Positions 17,757 to 28,724 of a stretch of 64,000 nucleotides of DNA are shown here, one piece after another. The notes under the pieces are model-generated. The model did no database searches. It had not been told where the DNA came from and worked only from the letters and a program-made list of their open reading frames with translations. Made by a program: the position numbers and the translations under genes. How positions within the stretch are numbered: the first letter of the stretch is position 1; each line of letters begins with the position of its first letter. Origin of the DNA: a bacterium (GTDB lineage: Bacteria > Patescibacteriota > Minisyncoccia > UBA6257 > JAGOQP01); NCBI GenBank assembly GCA_021814695.1, contig JAKAHY010000006.1, forward strand, positions 49 to 64,048, written 5' to 3'.

Positions 17757-18830
17757 ATGAACTCTCTATTCAGAAAAATAGATTGGCAGCTTGCGGCAGC
17801 GGTTTTGGTCTTGGCATCTGCCGGACTACTGAGCCTTTTGAGTTCCAGCCCCGATTTATTTTATAAACAACTTTTATGGATCGGAGTCGGTATTCTGGCC
17901 GCCTGTTTTTTTACCTTAGTTGATTTGAGGTCTTTTTTCAGCCATAAGTCGGTTATCAAATGGCTATTTATAATGATGGTTCTGGTTCTGATATTTGCAT
18001 TTATGTTTGCTCCCAAGATTAAAGGCAACCGCTCTTGGATAGTGTTGGGCTCGTTTCAATTTCAACCTTCGGAATTTGCAAAAATTATTCTCATAATCGC
18101 ACTCTCATACTTTTTTTCAAAAGCTCATATAGGAATCGCGCGTTGGAAAACAATAATCTCGTCATTTTTTTATTTTGCGGTTTTGGGATTTCTCGTAGCA
18201 GCACTGCCGGATATGGGGTCGGCCTTCGTTCTGCTCGCTTTGTGGTTCGGGTATGTTCTGGTTTCCGGTATGCCACTCAAAAAAATACTCATTTCCATCC
18301 TGATTTTTGCGATTGCTTTTGCGCTTATGTGGGCAATGGTTTTAAAGGCTTATCAAAAAGAGAGAGTGCTGGGGATGCTTTTTCCGGAAAGAGACCCGAT
18401 GGGAATAAATTATCACGTCATTCAGTCCAAAATTGCCATCGGTTCGGGTGGAATTTTCGGACAAGGTTTCCGTCAGGGCACTCAGGTTCAACTTGGGTTT
18501 TTGCCTGAATCCCAAACTGATTTTATTTTTGCCGCTATTGCCGAAGAAGGGGGATTTTTGGCTGTAAGCGTACTTCTGGTTGCATTTGTCTGGATGCTTT
18601 TCCGTATACTCAAAATAGGCTCTTTAATAGACGGGAATTTCAACAAATTTTTGTGTCTTGGTACGGCAATTCTTTTTTTGACCCAGTTCGCTTTCAATGT
18701 GGGTTCTAACCTGGGTCTATTTCCTGTAGTTGGGGTGACGTTTCCTTTTGTCAGTTATGGAGGCACGAGCATGCTTGCCAACATGATTTTGGTGGGTATG
18801 ATACAGTCTGCCTGGATAAAAAGGAGCTAA
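17757..18830 (+). CDS. SEDS family peptidoglycan glycosyltransferase FtsW/RodA
   Basis: 10-TM protein, FQPSEFAKI and C-terminal SEDS motifs. Confidence 0.85.
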   Translation: MNSLFRKIDWQLAAAVLVLASAGLLSLLSSSPDLFYKQLLWIGVGILAACFFTLVDLRSFFSHKSVIKWLFIMMVLVLIFAFMFAPKIKGNRSWIVLGSFQFQPSEFAKIILIIALSYFFSKAHIGIARWKTIISSFFYFAVLGFLVAALPDMGSAFVLLALWFGYVLVSGMPLKKILISILIFAIAFALMWAMVLKAYQKERVLGMLFPERDPMGINYHVIQSKIAIGSGGIFGQGFRQGTQVQLGFLPESQTDFIFAAIAEEGGFLAVSVLLVAFVWMLFRILKIGSLIDGNFNKFLCLGTAILFLTQFAFNVGSNLGLFPVVGVTFPFVSYGGTSMLANMILVGMIQSAWIKRS

Positions 18831-18839
18831 ATAAATCAT

Positions 18840-19823
18840 ATGAAGCGTTTGATTATAAGTTATGCGGTTTTAATTTCCGTATTAATATTAGTTTTCTGGC
18901 TTGTCGGAGCCTTTTATGCTTCGCAAGGATCGGCGGCGTCGGTTCAATTCACTATATCTCCCGGGGATGGAGTTTTCTCCATTTCCCAAAATCTTGCCAG
19001 ACAGGGCGTACTACAGTCGCCGCTTCTTTTTTTGATATACTCAGTTTTTTCCGGGCATTACGATAAATTTCAGCCGGGGACCTATCTTTTAAAACAACCC
19101 TTGGGGATTAGCAATATAGTAAAGGCGATAACGTCGGGCCCGACCGAAATTTCCGTTATCATAGTTCCCGGCATGACCTTAAAAGAAATTGATTCTACTC
19201 TTGCAAAAAAAGGAGTCATAAAATCCGACTCGCTTATTTCACTGAACCCCGCTCAATTTGGTGACAAATATCCATTTTTGAAAGGAGTCGGTTCGCTTGA
19301 GGGGTTTTTACTTCCCGACACCTATAGATTTTGGCTTTCTATGAAACCAGAAGATGCGGCCAAAATTATGCTTGATAACTTCTACAAAAAAGCCTGGTCA
19401 CAGCTATCTTCTTCGGCTAACCCATATAAAACTCTCATTGTGGCTTCGTATCTGGAAAAAGAAGTAGTTTCAATGCATGACAAGCAAATGGTTGCCGGGA
19501 TAATCAATAACCGCTTGAAAATCGGAATGCCTCTTCAGATAGATGCAACAGTCGTTTATGCCGCTTGCGGGGGAGGATTCCTTAATTGCGGTCAGATTTC
19601 TTCTTCGGATTTTTCGATTCAATCTCCATATAATACATATAAAATAGTGGGGCTGACTCCGACTCCGATAGGAAGCCCGACACCGGATTCAATTAAGGCC
19701 GCTCAAACGCCGATCGCCTCTTCTTATCTTTTTTATTTGTCCGATTCAAAAACTCAAAAAACTATTTTCAGCAAAACTCTTCAGGATCATGCCGTTAATC
19801 GCCAGAAATACCTCGGTTTATAG
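18840..19823 (+). CDS. mltG: Endolytic murein transglycosylase MltG/YceG
   Basis: N-terminal TM, YceG-like domain (GMPLQIDATVVYA). Confidence 0.8.
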   Translation: MKRLIISYAVLISVLILVFWLVGAFYASQGSAASVQFTISPGDGVFSISQNLARQGVLQSPLLFLIYSVFSGHYDKFQPGTYLLKQPLGISNIVKAITSGPTEISVIIVPGMTLKEIDSTLAKKGVIKSDSLISLNPAQFGDKYPFLKGVGSLEGFLLPDTYRFWLSMKPEDAAKIMLDNFYKKAWSQLSSSANPYKTLIVASYLEKEVVSMHDKQMVAGIINNRLKIGMPLQIDATVVYAACGGGFLNCGQISSSDFSIQSPYNTYKIVGLTPTPIGSPTPDSIKAAQTPIASSYLFYLSDSKTQKTIFSKTLQDHAVNRQKYLGL

Positions 19824-20375
19824 TTGTTCAGCATGAAAAAAATATTGCCTCCGAAATTTTTTCAAAAACCCGCATCTGCGGTTGCCCGCGGTCTTTTGGG
19901 GAAAATTATTGTAAGAAAATCGGGACGCAAGATTTATAAAATAATGATTATCGAAACCGAAGCTTATCTTGGCGAAAAAGACCTGGCTTCGCATGCTAGG
20001 TTTGGAAGAACAAAACGAAACGCGGTTATGTTCGGCGAGGGCGGGTGCTGGTATGTTTATTTTGTTTATGGCATGCACTGGCTGCTTAACGCGGTTACCG
20101 AAAACAAAAACTATCCGTCGGCGGTTCTCGTCCGGAGCGGAGTTCTTCTCGGAAAGAATCGGCGGATAATCAACGGTCCGGCAAGGATTACAAAAATTTT
20201 AAAAATTAACGGCCGGATTACGGGAAAGCCCATATCGAAAAAATCCGGGCTTTGGATTGAGGACTGGGGAGTTAAAATTAGCAGAATAAAAAAGAGTCCC
20301 CGAATAGGAGTGGAATATGCCGGAGTCTGGTCCAAAAAATTGTTGCGTTTTACCTTGCAAGAACGCGTGATATAA
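19824..20375 (+). CDS. mpg: 3-methyladenine DNA glycosylase (AAG/Mpg family)
   Basis: IIETEAYLGEKDLASHA...GGCWYVYFVYGMHWLLN. Confidence 0.8.
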   Translation: MFSMKKILPPKFFQKPASAVARGLLGKIIVRKSGRKIYKIMIIETEAYLGEKDLASHARFGRTKRNAVMFGEGGCWYVYFVYGMHWLLNAVTENKNYPSAVLVRSGVLLGKNRRIINGPARITKILKINGRITGKPISKKSGLWIEDWGVKISRIKKSPRIGVEYAGVWSKKLLRFTLQERVI

Positions 20376-20384
20376 TCAAACCAT

Positions 20385-21269
20385 ATGGAAAGAAGAATTG
20401 AGGGAGGTTTTGGGAAAAAAATAGAGAGGAAGGATATAGTGGATAAGGCTTTTTCCCTGGCTAAAGAAATTTTAAGAAGAACTCAGATAAACGAGAGTGA
20501 TTTCGGCGATGTTTATAGTTCGGAAGAAATAAACAAAGACAAGGAATATGTAGAAAAAAGGAATTCGGAATTTAAAGAGTCCCGGGATAAAGAAGGAGGA
20601 GATAATCAAGAAAATTTTAAGCTGGCCACGATTTTTGAGGCCATAGTTGTTATAACCAGAGAATGGTTTGGAAAAAATTGTCAGACATTTAAGACCGCGA
20701 ATTTTGACGATATAGCCAACGGCGTTGATGTGGTTGCGCAATTATCAAAAGGAGAGGGGGATAATTCTTCCAAATCTATCGGATTTGCCATTGATGTAAC
20801 TTTTCATAATGAATTTGAGAACAAAATTGACCGGATACGCAATGAAATAGAAAAGGGCAAGCTGCCGACTGTTAAATATTTCAGACCCGGAAGCAAGAAC
20901 GCTCAAGGTCAGCCGCCGGAAATTGTTCGTGCGGTCATCAGCGCTTCAAAAGATACGGTTATTGAATTGGCCGAAACGTTAATAATGGCAACCAAAAATC
21001 CAAAAATTTTATTTGAAAACCAATTTCAGTTTCAGGCACTTGATGAGATTATTTACCAGCTTAAAACATACGAAGCATATGCCAGAACAATCGGCAAAGA
21101 TTCTATTGCAGAAAAATACGGACAAGCGCTTTCTCAGATTCGTGGAGCAAAAAAAGAGCGTTCTGAATCTTTAACGGACGAACATCAGAGGGATATGCTT
21201 TTTGAAGGGTTGGTTTCTTATCTGAGCTCGTCTTTTAAGCCCAAATCCGAACAGCCTCCGAGGGCTTGA
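20385..21269 (+). CDS. Hypothetical protein
   Basis: ORF only. Confidence 0.4.
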   Translation: MERRIEGGFGKKIERKDIVDKAFSLAKEILRRTQINESDFGDVYSSEEINKDKEYVEKRNSEFKESRDKEGGDNQENFKLATIFEAIVVITREWFGKNCQTFKTANFDDIANGVDVVAQLSKGEGDNSSKSIGFAIDVTFHNEFENKIDRIRNEIEKGKLPTVKYFRPGSKNAQGQPPEIVRAVISASKDTVIELAETLIMATKNPKILFENQFQFQALDEIIYQLKTYEAYARTIGKDSIAEKYGQALSQIRGAKKERSESLTDEHQRDMLFEGLVSYLSSSFKPKSEQPPRA

Positions 21270-21435
21270 TTTTCTTTTTGACATATGGCATCATAGAAGC
21301 GATTACAAGACTGCTGAAATTTAGGGACTTTTTAATGGCCGAGTCAAAATATTTGACAAAGCTACGCCTCGTAGTGTTTAATATTAATTAATTTTAACAG
21401 AGCACTAGACATAATCCTCTAAAAAGAAGGGAGGA

Positions 21436-24400
21436 GTGCTTTTTTTGCATAAGACGACAACCCCTATGCCAAAACAATATCCTGAGGTCAAGACCTTCTC
21501 TACCCATCCGGGCGATTTCACCGAAAAGCCTTTTATGGGCGAAATCCAATTCCACTCGTGGGAGTGGTTTGTTAAGAAAGGAGTTAAGGAGTTATTTAAA
21601 GAAATTTCTCCGATTAGGGATTATACCGGAAAAGAATACGAACTCTATTTTGAGGACTACTCTTTCGATGAGCCCAAATTCAGCGAAGAAGAGTCATGGC
21701 AGCGCGGTTCCACATTTGAAGCCTCTTTGCGGGCGAAGATAAAATTAGTGAATCTTAAAACCAAGAAGGCCATGGTTCAGGAGGTATATCTGGGAGATTA
21801 TCCGATGATGACCGACAGAGGAACCTTTATTATAAACGGAGTTGAGAGAGTAGTTGTCTCTCAGTTTATCCGTTCGGCCGGAGTTTACTTTACAGCCAGA
21901 GCAGTCAAAGGAAAAAAATATTTTGGAGCCAAAATTATTCCTGATCGCGGTAGCTGGATGGAATTTGAGACCGATGCCGATGGCTCAATCGGAGTCAAAA
22001 TAGACAAGCACAGAAAAGTTGCCATAACGGATTTATTTAGGGTTTTCGGCCTTGAAACCAACGAAGATATTTTAAAGGCTTTTGCCGATATTGATGGCCA
22101 GAACAAGCATATTCAGGCCAGCCTTAAGAAAGATAACGCCTCGGACGTTTCTTCTTCATATATAGAAATTTATAAACGCTTAAGGCCCGGAGACCTTGCC
22201 AGCGCCGAAAATGCCAAAGGTTTGATTGATGGCATGTTTAAACGCTCCGATAGGTTCTCACTTTCCGAAGTCGGCCGCTACAAGATGAATCAGAGGCTTG
22301 AAATCAAGGAAAAAGTTGATACTCAACTTGTAAGAATAGAGGACTTGATTTTAATAGCTCGAGAAATTATTCGGCTCAATGATGATGAACAAGCCGAACC
22401 GGACGATATCGACAGCCTCTCAAACCGCCGCGTTCGCTCGGTTGGTGAACTTTTGCAGTCACGCATGAGGGTTGGATTTGCCCGCATGAGGAGAATTATC
22501 CAAGACCGCATGTCTACGCTCGAAGCAGAGCAGCTAACTCCGTTGGTATTAGTTAACCCGAAACCGCTTTCTTCAGTTGCGCGGGAATTTTTGGTTTCTT
22601 CGCAGCTTTCACAATTTATGGATCAGGTTAATCCGCTGGCGGAACTTTCCCACAAGCGCCGCCTCTCGGCGATGGGCCCCGGAGGACTGACACGTGAACG
22701 CGCCGGATTTGAAGTCCGCGATGTTCATGAATCCCACTATGGGCGTATCTGTCCTATTGAAACTCCCGAAGGACAAAACATAGGACTCATCAACCACCTT
22801 GCGACGTTTGCCAAAGTTAATGAGTACGGATTTTTGGAAACTCCTTATGCCAAAGTCAAAAACGGAAAAGCATCCAATGAAATTATTTGGATGGATGCCA
22901 ATGCCGAAAAGAAATATAAGATTGCAGAAGGGGGTGTTGCTTTGGATAAAAGCGGTAAAATTTTAAGTGAGATCGTAGAAGCAAGAATTAACGGAGAGCC
23001 GGGAGTTTGCGCCAAAGAAGAAGTTGATTTTATAGACGTTTCACCGACTCAGGTTGTCAGCGGCGCCACCGCATTGATTCCATTTTTGGAACACGACGAT
23101 GCCAACAGAGCGCTCATGGGCGCAAACATGCAAAGACAGGCGGTACCTTCTATAAGGGCGGACGCTCCTTTGGTCGGAACCGGGGCTGAAGACCAAATAG
23201 CCAAAGATTCCGGCAGGGTTATTATGGCTCCCGAGGACGGAGAAATAGTTGAAGCTGATGCCGCTCATATAGTTTTTAAAAGCAAAAAAGGCGTCAAAAA
23301 GGAATACCAACTTTCCAAATTCAGGCGCTCCAACCAATACACGGGTATTAGTCACAAAACAGTGGTTACTTCCGGCCAAAAAGTTAAGCGTGGAGATGTG
23401 CTGGCCGACGGCCCTTCAACCGAAAACGGTATTTTGGCATTAGGACAAAATCTTCTGGTTTCATTCATCCCGTTTTTTGGAGGTAATTACGACGACTCGA
23501 TCGCAATTTCCGAAAGAGTTGCCCAACAGGACAGATTCACATCCGTTTATATAGAAGACTTTTATTGTGATGTTCGGGATACCAAACTTGGACCGGAGGT
23601 AACGACTTCCGACATCCCCAACGTTTCGGAAGAAAAATTGAGAAATTTGGATGAGGAAGGAATAATCCGAATCGGTGCCGAAGTTCGTGCCGGCGATATT
23701 CTCGTTGGTAAAATTTCACCCAAAGGCGAGACCGAACTTACCGCCGAGGAAAAACTTTTACGTTCTATTTTTGGAGAGAAAGCCAGAGACGTTAAAGATT
23801 CATCACTCTATCTTCCGCACGGAAAATCCGGAAGAATTATCGGAATCAAAATATTTTCTCGTGAAAGAGGAGATAAATTAGAGCCCGGCATAATAAAGAA
23901 AATTCAGGTTGAAGTGGCTCAGTTGAGAAAAATAAGAGCCGGAGACAAACTTGCCGGACGCCATGGAAACAAAGGTGTTATTTCCCGCGTTTTCCCGGTT
24001 GAGGACATGCCTTATTTGGCGGATGGAACTCCGGTAGATATCGTTTTAAATCCATTAGGTGTCGCTTCGCGTATGAACCTGGGACAGATTTTGGAAACTC
24101 ATTTGGGATTGGCTGCCAAGAAATTAGGCTACCGCGCTGTCAGTGAAGTGTTCGTTGGCGCAACCGAAGAGGAAATCAGCGGCGAGCTCAAGAAGGCAGG
24201 ATATCCGGAAAACGGTAAAATGGTTGTCTATGATGGACGTACCGGAAAAAGATTCGACCAGGATGTTATGGTTGGCTACATTTATATGCTCAAACTTAAC
24301 CACCTTGTTGAAGATAAAATCCATATGCGCTCAATCGGCCCCTATTCACTTGTTACTCAGCAGCCTCTGGGAGGAAAGGCTCAGTTCGGAGGACAGAGGT

Positions 24401-24645
24401 TCGGAGAGATGGAAGTCTGGGCTTTGGAAGGATACGGATCGGCACACACCCTTCAGGAAATGCTTACTATAAAATCTGACGACGTCTTAGGGCGTGCCGC
24501 GGCGTTCGAGTCGATTGTTAAAGGAGAGGATTTGAAAATGTCAGCCAGCCCTTCGGCGTTTAATGTTTTAACCAACGAAATCAATGCTTTGGGACTTAAG
24601 GTCGAACCCGTCAAGAAAGAGGATTTACCCGAGGAAAATATATAA
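21436..24645 (+). CDS. rpoB: DNA-directed RNA polymerase beta subunit
   Basis: Full-length collinear RpoB motifs (GEMEVWALEGYGSAHTLQE etc.). Confidence 0.95.
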   Translation: MLFLHKTTTPMPKQYPEVKTFSTHPGDFTEKPFMGEIQFHSWEWFVKKGVKELFKEISPIRDYTGKEYELYFEDYSFDEPKFSEEESWQRGSTFEASLRAKIKLVNLKTKKAMVQEVYLGDYPMMTDRGTFIINGVERVVVSQFIRSAGVYFTARAVKGKKYFGAKIIPDRGSWMEFETDADGSIGVKIDKHRKVAITDLFRVFGLETNEDILKAFADIDGQNKHIQASLKKDNASDVSSSYIEIYKRLRPGDLASAENAKGLIDGMFKRSDRFSLSEVGRYKMNQRLEIKEKVDTQLVRIEDLILIAREIIRLNDDEQAEPDDIDSLSNRRVRSVGELLQSRMRVGFARMRRIIQDRMSTLEAEQLTPLVLVNPKPLSSVAREFLVSSQLSQFMDQVNPLAELSHKRRLSAMGPGGLTRERAGFEVRDVHESHYGRICPIETPEGQNIGLINHLATFAKVNEYGFLETPYAKVKNGKASNEIIWMDANAEKKYKIAEGGVALDKSGKILSEIVEARINGEPGVCAKEEVDFIDVSPTQVVSGATALIPFLEHDDANRALMGANMQRQAVPSIRADAPLVGTGAEDQIAKDSGRVIMAPEDGEIVEADAAHIVFKSKKGVKKEYQLSKFRRSNQYTGISHKTVVTSGQKVKRGDVLADGPSTENGILALGQNLLVSFIPFFGGNYDDSIAISERVAQQDRFTSVYIEDFYCDVRDTKLGPEVTTSDIPNVSEEKLRNLDEEGIIRIGAEVRAGDILVGKISPKGETELTAEEKLLRSIFGEKARDVKDSSLYLPHGKSGRIIGIKIFSRERGDKLEPGIIKKIQVEVAQLRKIRAGDKLAGRHGNKGVISRVFPVEDMPYLADGTPVDIVLNPLGVASRMNLGQILETHLGLAAKKLGYRAVSEVFVGATEEEISGELKKAGYPENGKMVVYDGRTGKRFDQDVMVGYIYMLKLNHLVEDKIHMRSIGPYSLVTQQPLGGKAQFGGQRFGEMEVWALEGYGSAHTLQEMLTIKSDDVLGRAAAFESIVKGEDLKMSASPSAFNVLTNEINALGLKVEPVKKEDLPEENI

Positions 24646-24662
24646 AAATCAAAAATAAAAAT

Positions 24663-27600
24663 ATGGACAATACAGACTTTGATTATTTAAGACTTAAAAT
24701 TCCCTCTCCCGACGAGGTTCTCGCCAATTCTTACGGTGAGGTGACAAAGCCGGAAACCATTAATTACCGAACGCAGCGCCCGGAAAAAGACGGTCTCTTT
24801 TCGGAAAGAATTTTTGGACCTACCAAAGACTACAAATGTTACTGCGGAAAATTTAAAGGCATCCGTTATAAAGGAACCATCTGTGACAAATGTGGAGTTG
24901 AGGTTACCCGCGCCGTCGTAAGACGTGAGAGAATGGGCCATATAAAACTTGCGGCCCCCGTTGCTCATATTTGGTTTCTTAAAACCGGCAATTCTAAATT
25001 GGGAATATTTTTCGACGCTCCGGCACATAAGTTGGAAAAAGTCGTATATTATGCCGCTTATATCGTTACCAATGTCGATGAGGCTAAACGCAAAGAATCT
25101 CTTGAGAGCCTTCAATCCGAATTCAAATCCAGAAAACACGACCTTAAAAACGACGCCAAACTTCTCAAGTCGGTCGAAGAATCATTTTCCAAATCCAAAG
25201 ATTTTCTCTCGTCTCTTAAAGTTGGTTCGGTTTTGGGTGAGGGAGAATATTTTGAACTGGCAAGGAAATTTGGAGATGTTTTTGAGGCCGGAACCGGTGC
25301 TCAGGCATTAAGAAAAATTCTTGAAAAGATAAATATCAAGAAGGAAATTACTGAAACCGAAAAACAAATCAGTGCTTTAGTTAAGCGCAAAGACACGACT
25401 TTCGAGAAAAAACTTTTGCATAAACTTAGAGTCCTTCATGCTTTTTCTAAAAACAATATCAGGCCGGAATGGATGGTAATCATGGTTCTTCCGGTTCTTC
25501 CGCCGGACTTGAGGCCTATGGTCGCATTGGACGGAGGGCGTTATGCCAGCTCCGATCTGAACGACTTATATCGCCGCGTTATCAACAGGAACAATCGTCT
25601 CCAGAAACTTATGGAATTGCGGGCGCCGGAAATTATCGTCACCAACGAAAAGCGCATGCTCCAGGAAGCGGTTGATGCTTTAATCGACAACACTGCTCGA
25701 TTGGGTAGACAACAGGTATCCAGCCAGAATCGCCCCCTTAAATCTCTTGCCGATATTCTTAAAGGAAAGCAGGGAAGATTCAGACAGAATCTTTTGGGTA
25801 AGCGCGTTGATTATTCGGCCCGGTCCGTTATCGTTGTCGGCCCCGATCTTAAACTCAACGAGTGCGGAATCCCGAAAAAAATGGCACTCGAACTTTTCAA
25901 ACCTTTTGTGATAAAGGAAATTTTGGAAAGGGGAATGGCCCATAACATCAAGAATGCAAACAGACTTATAGAGCAGGGAATCCCGGAAGTCTGGGAAATC
26001 TTGGAAGAGGTTATAGCCAACAAATCGGTTCTGTTAAACCGCGCTCCGACTTTGCATCGTTTGAGCATCCAGGCTTTCAAGCCGGTTCTCATTGAGGATT
26101 TAGCTATCCGCGTTCCTCCTATGGCTTGCGCCGCTTTCAACGCCGACTTCGACGGAGACCAGATGGCTGTTCATTTGCCTCTTTCAAAAGAAGCTCAGGA
26201 TGAGGCGTGGAACAGAATGCTTTCTTCAAAAAACATAATTAAGCCGTCTAACGGTGATCCGAGCGCTACTCCGGCTCAGGACGTAGCTTTGGGATCATAC
26301 TATCTGACAAAAATAGTCGGTGATACCAGTGACGATTCAAAAATAAAAGTTTTTAGCGACAAAAATGAAGCTCTCAAAGCGCTTGAATTCGGATATATAA
26401 AAATCAACCAGCCTATAAGAGTCGGCTCTCAGAAATCCGACATTACCTGTGTCGGTCGGCATATATTTAATGAAATTTTGCCCAAAGAATTCGGATTTGT
26501 TAATGCGGTCATGAATAAAAAAGCTCTGTCCAACCTTGTGGCCAGGCACATAGATACATTCGGATCCGAAAACACGTGGGAATTTTTGGACAACGTCAAA
26601 AAACTCGGACTGCAATACGCTGCTCTTTCGGGAATAACTTGGAGTATGTATGACCTCAAAATTCCTGGCGCCAAAAAAGAAATAGTTCGCAATGCCCGCA
26701 AAGAAGTTGAAAATATAACTCATCAATATGAAAGCGGATTTTTGGATTCTTCCGAAAGGAGAGCGAGAATCATAAGAATTTGGGAGAAAGTCAAAGACGA
26801 GATTGCAAAAACCGTTCCCGGAGCTCTGTCGGACACTAACCCGATATTCTACATAATTGATTCGGGAGCAAAAGGCTCTTGGGAACAGGCGGTTCAAACT
26901 ACGGGAATGAAGGGATTGGTCGCCAATCCTCAGGGAGAAACCATAGAATTGCCGGTTGTCTCTTCATATAAAGAAGGCCTCTCGGTGCTTGAATTCTTCA
27001 TTAACTCCCATGGATGCCGCAAAGGTCTTACCGATACGGCTCTAAAGACTGCTCAGGCCGGATATCTTACCCGCAGAATGGTTGATGTTGCTCAGGATAT
27101 AATAATTGACTCTTCCGATTGTAAAACTCAGGAAGGAAGAATAATTGACCGCGCAAGCGGAGAAGCCTACGGATATTCGTTTGCCCAAAGAATTTTCGGA
27201 AGAATCTTGGCTCAAGACGTAAAAGAAGGAAATAAAATTGTCGCCCATGCGGGAGATGCTATCGATAGGGATCTGGCCAGCCATATATCAAAATCCGGAG
27301 TTACTCAAATTATTGTTCGTTCTCCGATAACCTGTAAATCTCTTCACGGAGTTTGTGGTAAATGTTACGGACTTGATTTGGGACGTTTGGAAAATCCAAA
27401 AGAAGGAGAAGCTGTCGGAATTATTGCCGCTCAATCCATCGGAGAGCCGGGCACTCAGCTTACTTTGAGAACTTTCCACATCGGAGGTGTTGCCGGTCAG
27501 GATATTACGTTAGGATTGCCCCGTATTGAAGAGGTTTTTGAGGCCAGGCCGCCGAAGGGTCGCGCCGCATTAGCCGCAGAGGACGGAATTGTTCAGGAAA

Positions 27601-28262
27601 TAGAAGACAGCGGATCACTGCGTATTATCAAAGTCAAAAATTCAAAGAAAACAGGGGTTAAGCCCAAAATAAAAATTGAAGAATATTCCGCCCCAAGAAA
27701 CGTTACGCTTTATGTTGAAGTCGGCCAGAAAGTTAAAAAAGGAGACCAGTTGTTTGAAGGAAGTGTAGACCTAAAAGAACTCTTCTTGCTTAAGGGAACG
27801 GATGTAACTCAGAAATATATAATTGACGAAGTTCAGAAAATTTACGTTTCTAACGGTAACGTTATCAACGACAAACATATAGAAATAATAGTGCGCCAGA
27901 TGTTTTCTCGCGTCATGGTTAAGGATTCGGGAGACGGAGAATACGTACCCGGACAAGTGCTTGAAAAAGGCCAGTTTCTTAAGGCAAATCGCCGCCTGAA
28001 GATTAAGGGCAAAATACCGGCCAAAGCCAAGCAGCTTCTCATGGGTATTACCAGAGCCGCACTTTCCACCGAGAGCTTCCTTTCAGCCGCATCTTTCCAG
28101 GAAACTGCACGTGTTTTGGTTAATGCTGCTACCGAAGGGAAAATTGACAGGCTGCGCGGACTTAAAGAGAACGTTATCATCGGGCGTCTGATTCCGGCAG
28201 GAACCGGATATAAAAAGAAGCTTTCAAAAAAAGAGCCTCAAACAGAGGAGGCCGGAGAATAA
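24663..28262 (+). CDS. rpoC: DNA-directed RNA polymerase beta' subunit
   Basis: Zn finger CxxC...CxxC, NADFDGDQMAVH catalytic motif. Confidence 0.95.
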   Translation: MDNTDFDYLRLKIPSPDEVLANSYGEVTKPETINYRTQRPEKDGLFSERIFGPTKDYKCYCGKFKGIRYKGTICDKCGVEVTRAVVRRERMGHIKLAAPVAHIWFLKTGNSKLGIFFDAPAHKLEKVVYYAAYIVTNVDEAKRKESLESLQSEFKSRKHDLKNDAKLLKSVEESFSKSKDFLSSLKVGSVLGEGEYFELARKFGDVFEAGTGAQALRKILEKINIKKEITETEKQISALVKRKDTTFEKKLLHKLRVLHAFSKNNIRPEWMVIMVLPVLPPDLRPMVALDGGRYASSDLNDLYRRVINRNNRLQKLMELRAPEIIVTNEKRMLQEAVDALIDNTARLGRQQVSSQNRPLKSLADILKGKQGRFRQNLLGKRVDYSARSVIVVGPDLKLNECGIPKKMALELFKPFVIKEILERGMAHNIKNANRLIEQGIPEVWEILEEVIANKSVLLNRAPTLHRLSIQAFKPVLIEDLAIRVPPMACAAFNADFDGDQMAVHLPLSKEAQDEAWNRMLSSKNIIKPSNGDPSATPAQDVALGSYYLTKIVGDTSDDSKIKVFSDKNEALKALEFGYIKINQPIRVGSQKSDITCVGRHIFNEILPKEFGFVNAVMNKKALSNLVARHIDTFGSENTWEFLDNVKKLGLQYAALSGITWSMYDLKIPGAKKEIVRNARKEVENITHQYESGFLDSSERRARIIRIWEKVKDEIAKTVPGALSDTNPIFYIIDSGAKGSWEQAVQTTGMKGLVANPQGETIELPVVSSYKEGLSVLEFFINSHGCRKGLTDTALKTAQAGYLTRRMVDVAQDIIIDSSDCKTQEGRIIDRASGEAYGYSFAQRIFGRILAQDVKEGNKIVAHAGDAIDRDLASHISKSGVTQIIVRSPITCKSLHGVCGKCYGLDLGRLENPKEGEAVGIIAAQSIGEPGTQLTLRTFHIGGVAGQDITLGLPRIEEVFEARPPKGRAALAAEDGIVQEIEDSGSLRIIKVKNSKKTGVKPKIKIEEYSAPRNVTLYVEVGQKVKKGDQLFEGSVDLKELFLLKGTDVTQKYIIDEVQKIYVSNGNVINDKHIEIIVRQMFSRVMVKDSGDGEYVPGQVLEKGQFLKANRRLKIKGKIPAKAKQLLMGITRAALSTESFLSAASFQETARVLVNAATEGKIDRLRGLKENVIIGRLIPAGTGYKKKLSKKEPQTEEAGE

Positions 28263-28307
28263 TCGGCTTGAGTTTGTGTTCATAGTGTGATACCTTAGAA
28301 AAACTTT

Positions 28308-28718
28308 ATGGAAGAAGAAAAAGACAAAAAAGAATACGAATTGGGTTTTTGGGTCAAGGATGATTCGGGACTCGAAAAGGTTAAGGCTTTAATGGCTGAT
28401 TTTGGGTTGGAGCCTACCTATACGGGAGAGTTAAAAAGAATGCAATTTGCCTATCCTATTAAAAAGGAGACGTCGGGAATTTTTGCCTCTTACCACTTTA
28501 AGACCGATATAGACAATCTCAGGGCTTTTGAAAAAGAACTAAAAGTCAGTGGCGATTGTCTTAGGTTTTTGGTTTCCAATAATCCGATGAAGAAAACGGA
28601 AGAGAGGGAATATCGAAGGCCGTCAATGGAAAAGAAGCCGGAAAAAGTTGAACAAAAACCGACCGAAACGGTTACCAACGAAGAACTTGAAAAGAAACTG
28701 GAAGAAATTCTAAAATAA
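28308..28718 (+). CDS. rpsF: 30S ribosomal protein S6 with charged C-terminal extension
   Basis: S6 fold signature, operon rpsF-ssb-rpsR. Confidence 0.8.
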   Translation: MEEEKDKKEYELGFWVKDDSGLEKVKALMADFGLEPTYTGELKRMQFAYPIKKETSGIFASYHFKTDIDNLRAFEKELKVSGDCLRFLVSNNPMKKTEEREYRRPSMEKKPEKVEQKPTETVTNEELEKKLEEILK

Positions 28719-28724
28719 ACTTGT

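Noticed and set aside
21885-28180. Numerous 60-190-aa ORFs antisense to or overlapping rpoB, rpoC, infB, topA and rel
   Set aside because: They lie entirely within strongly supported housekeeping genes and lack starts or RBS. Treated as spurious.
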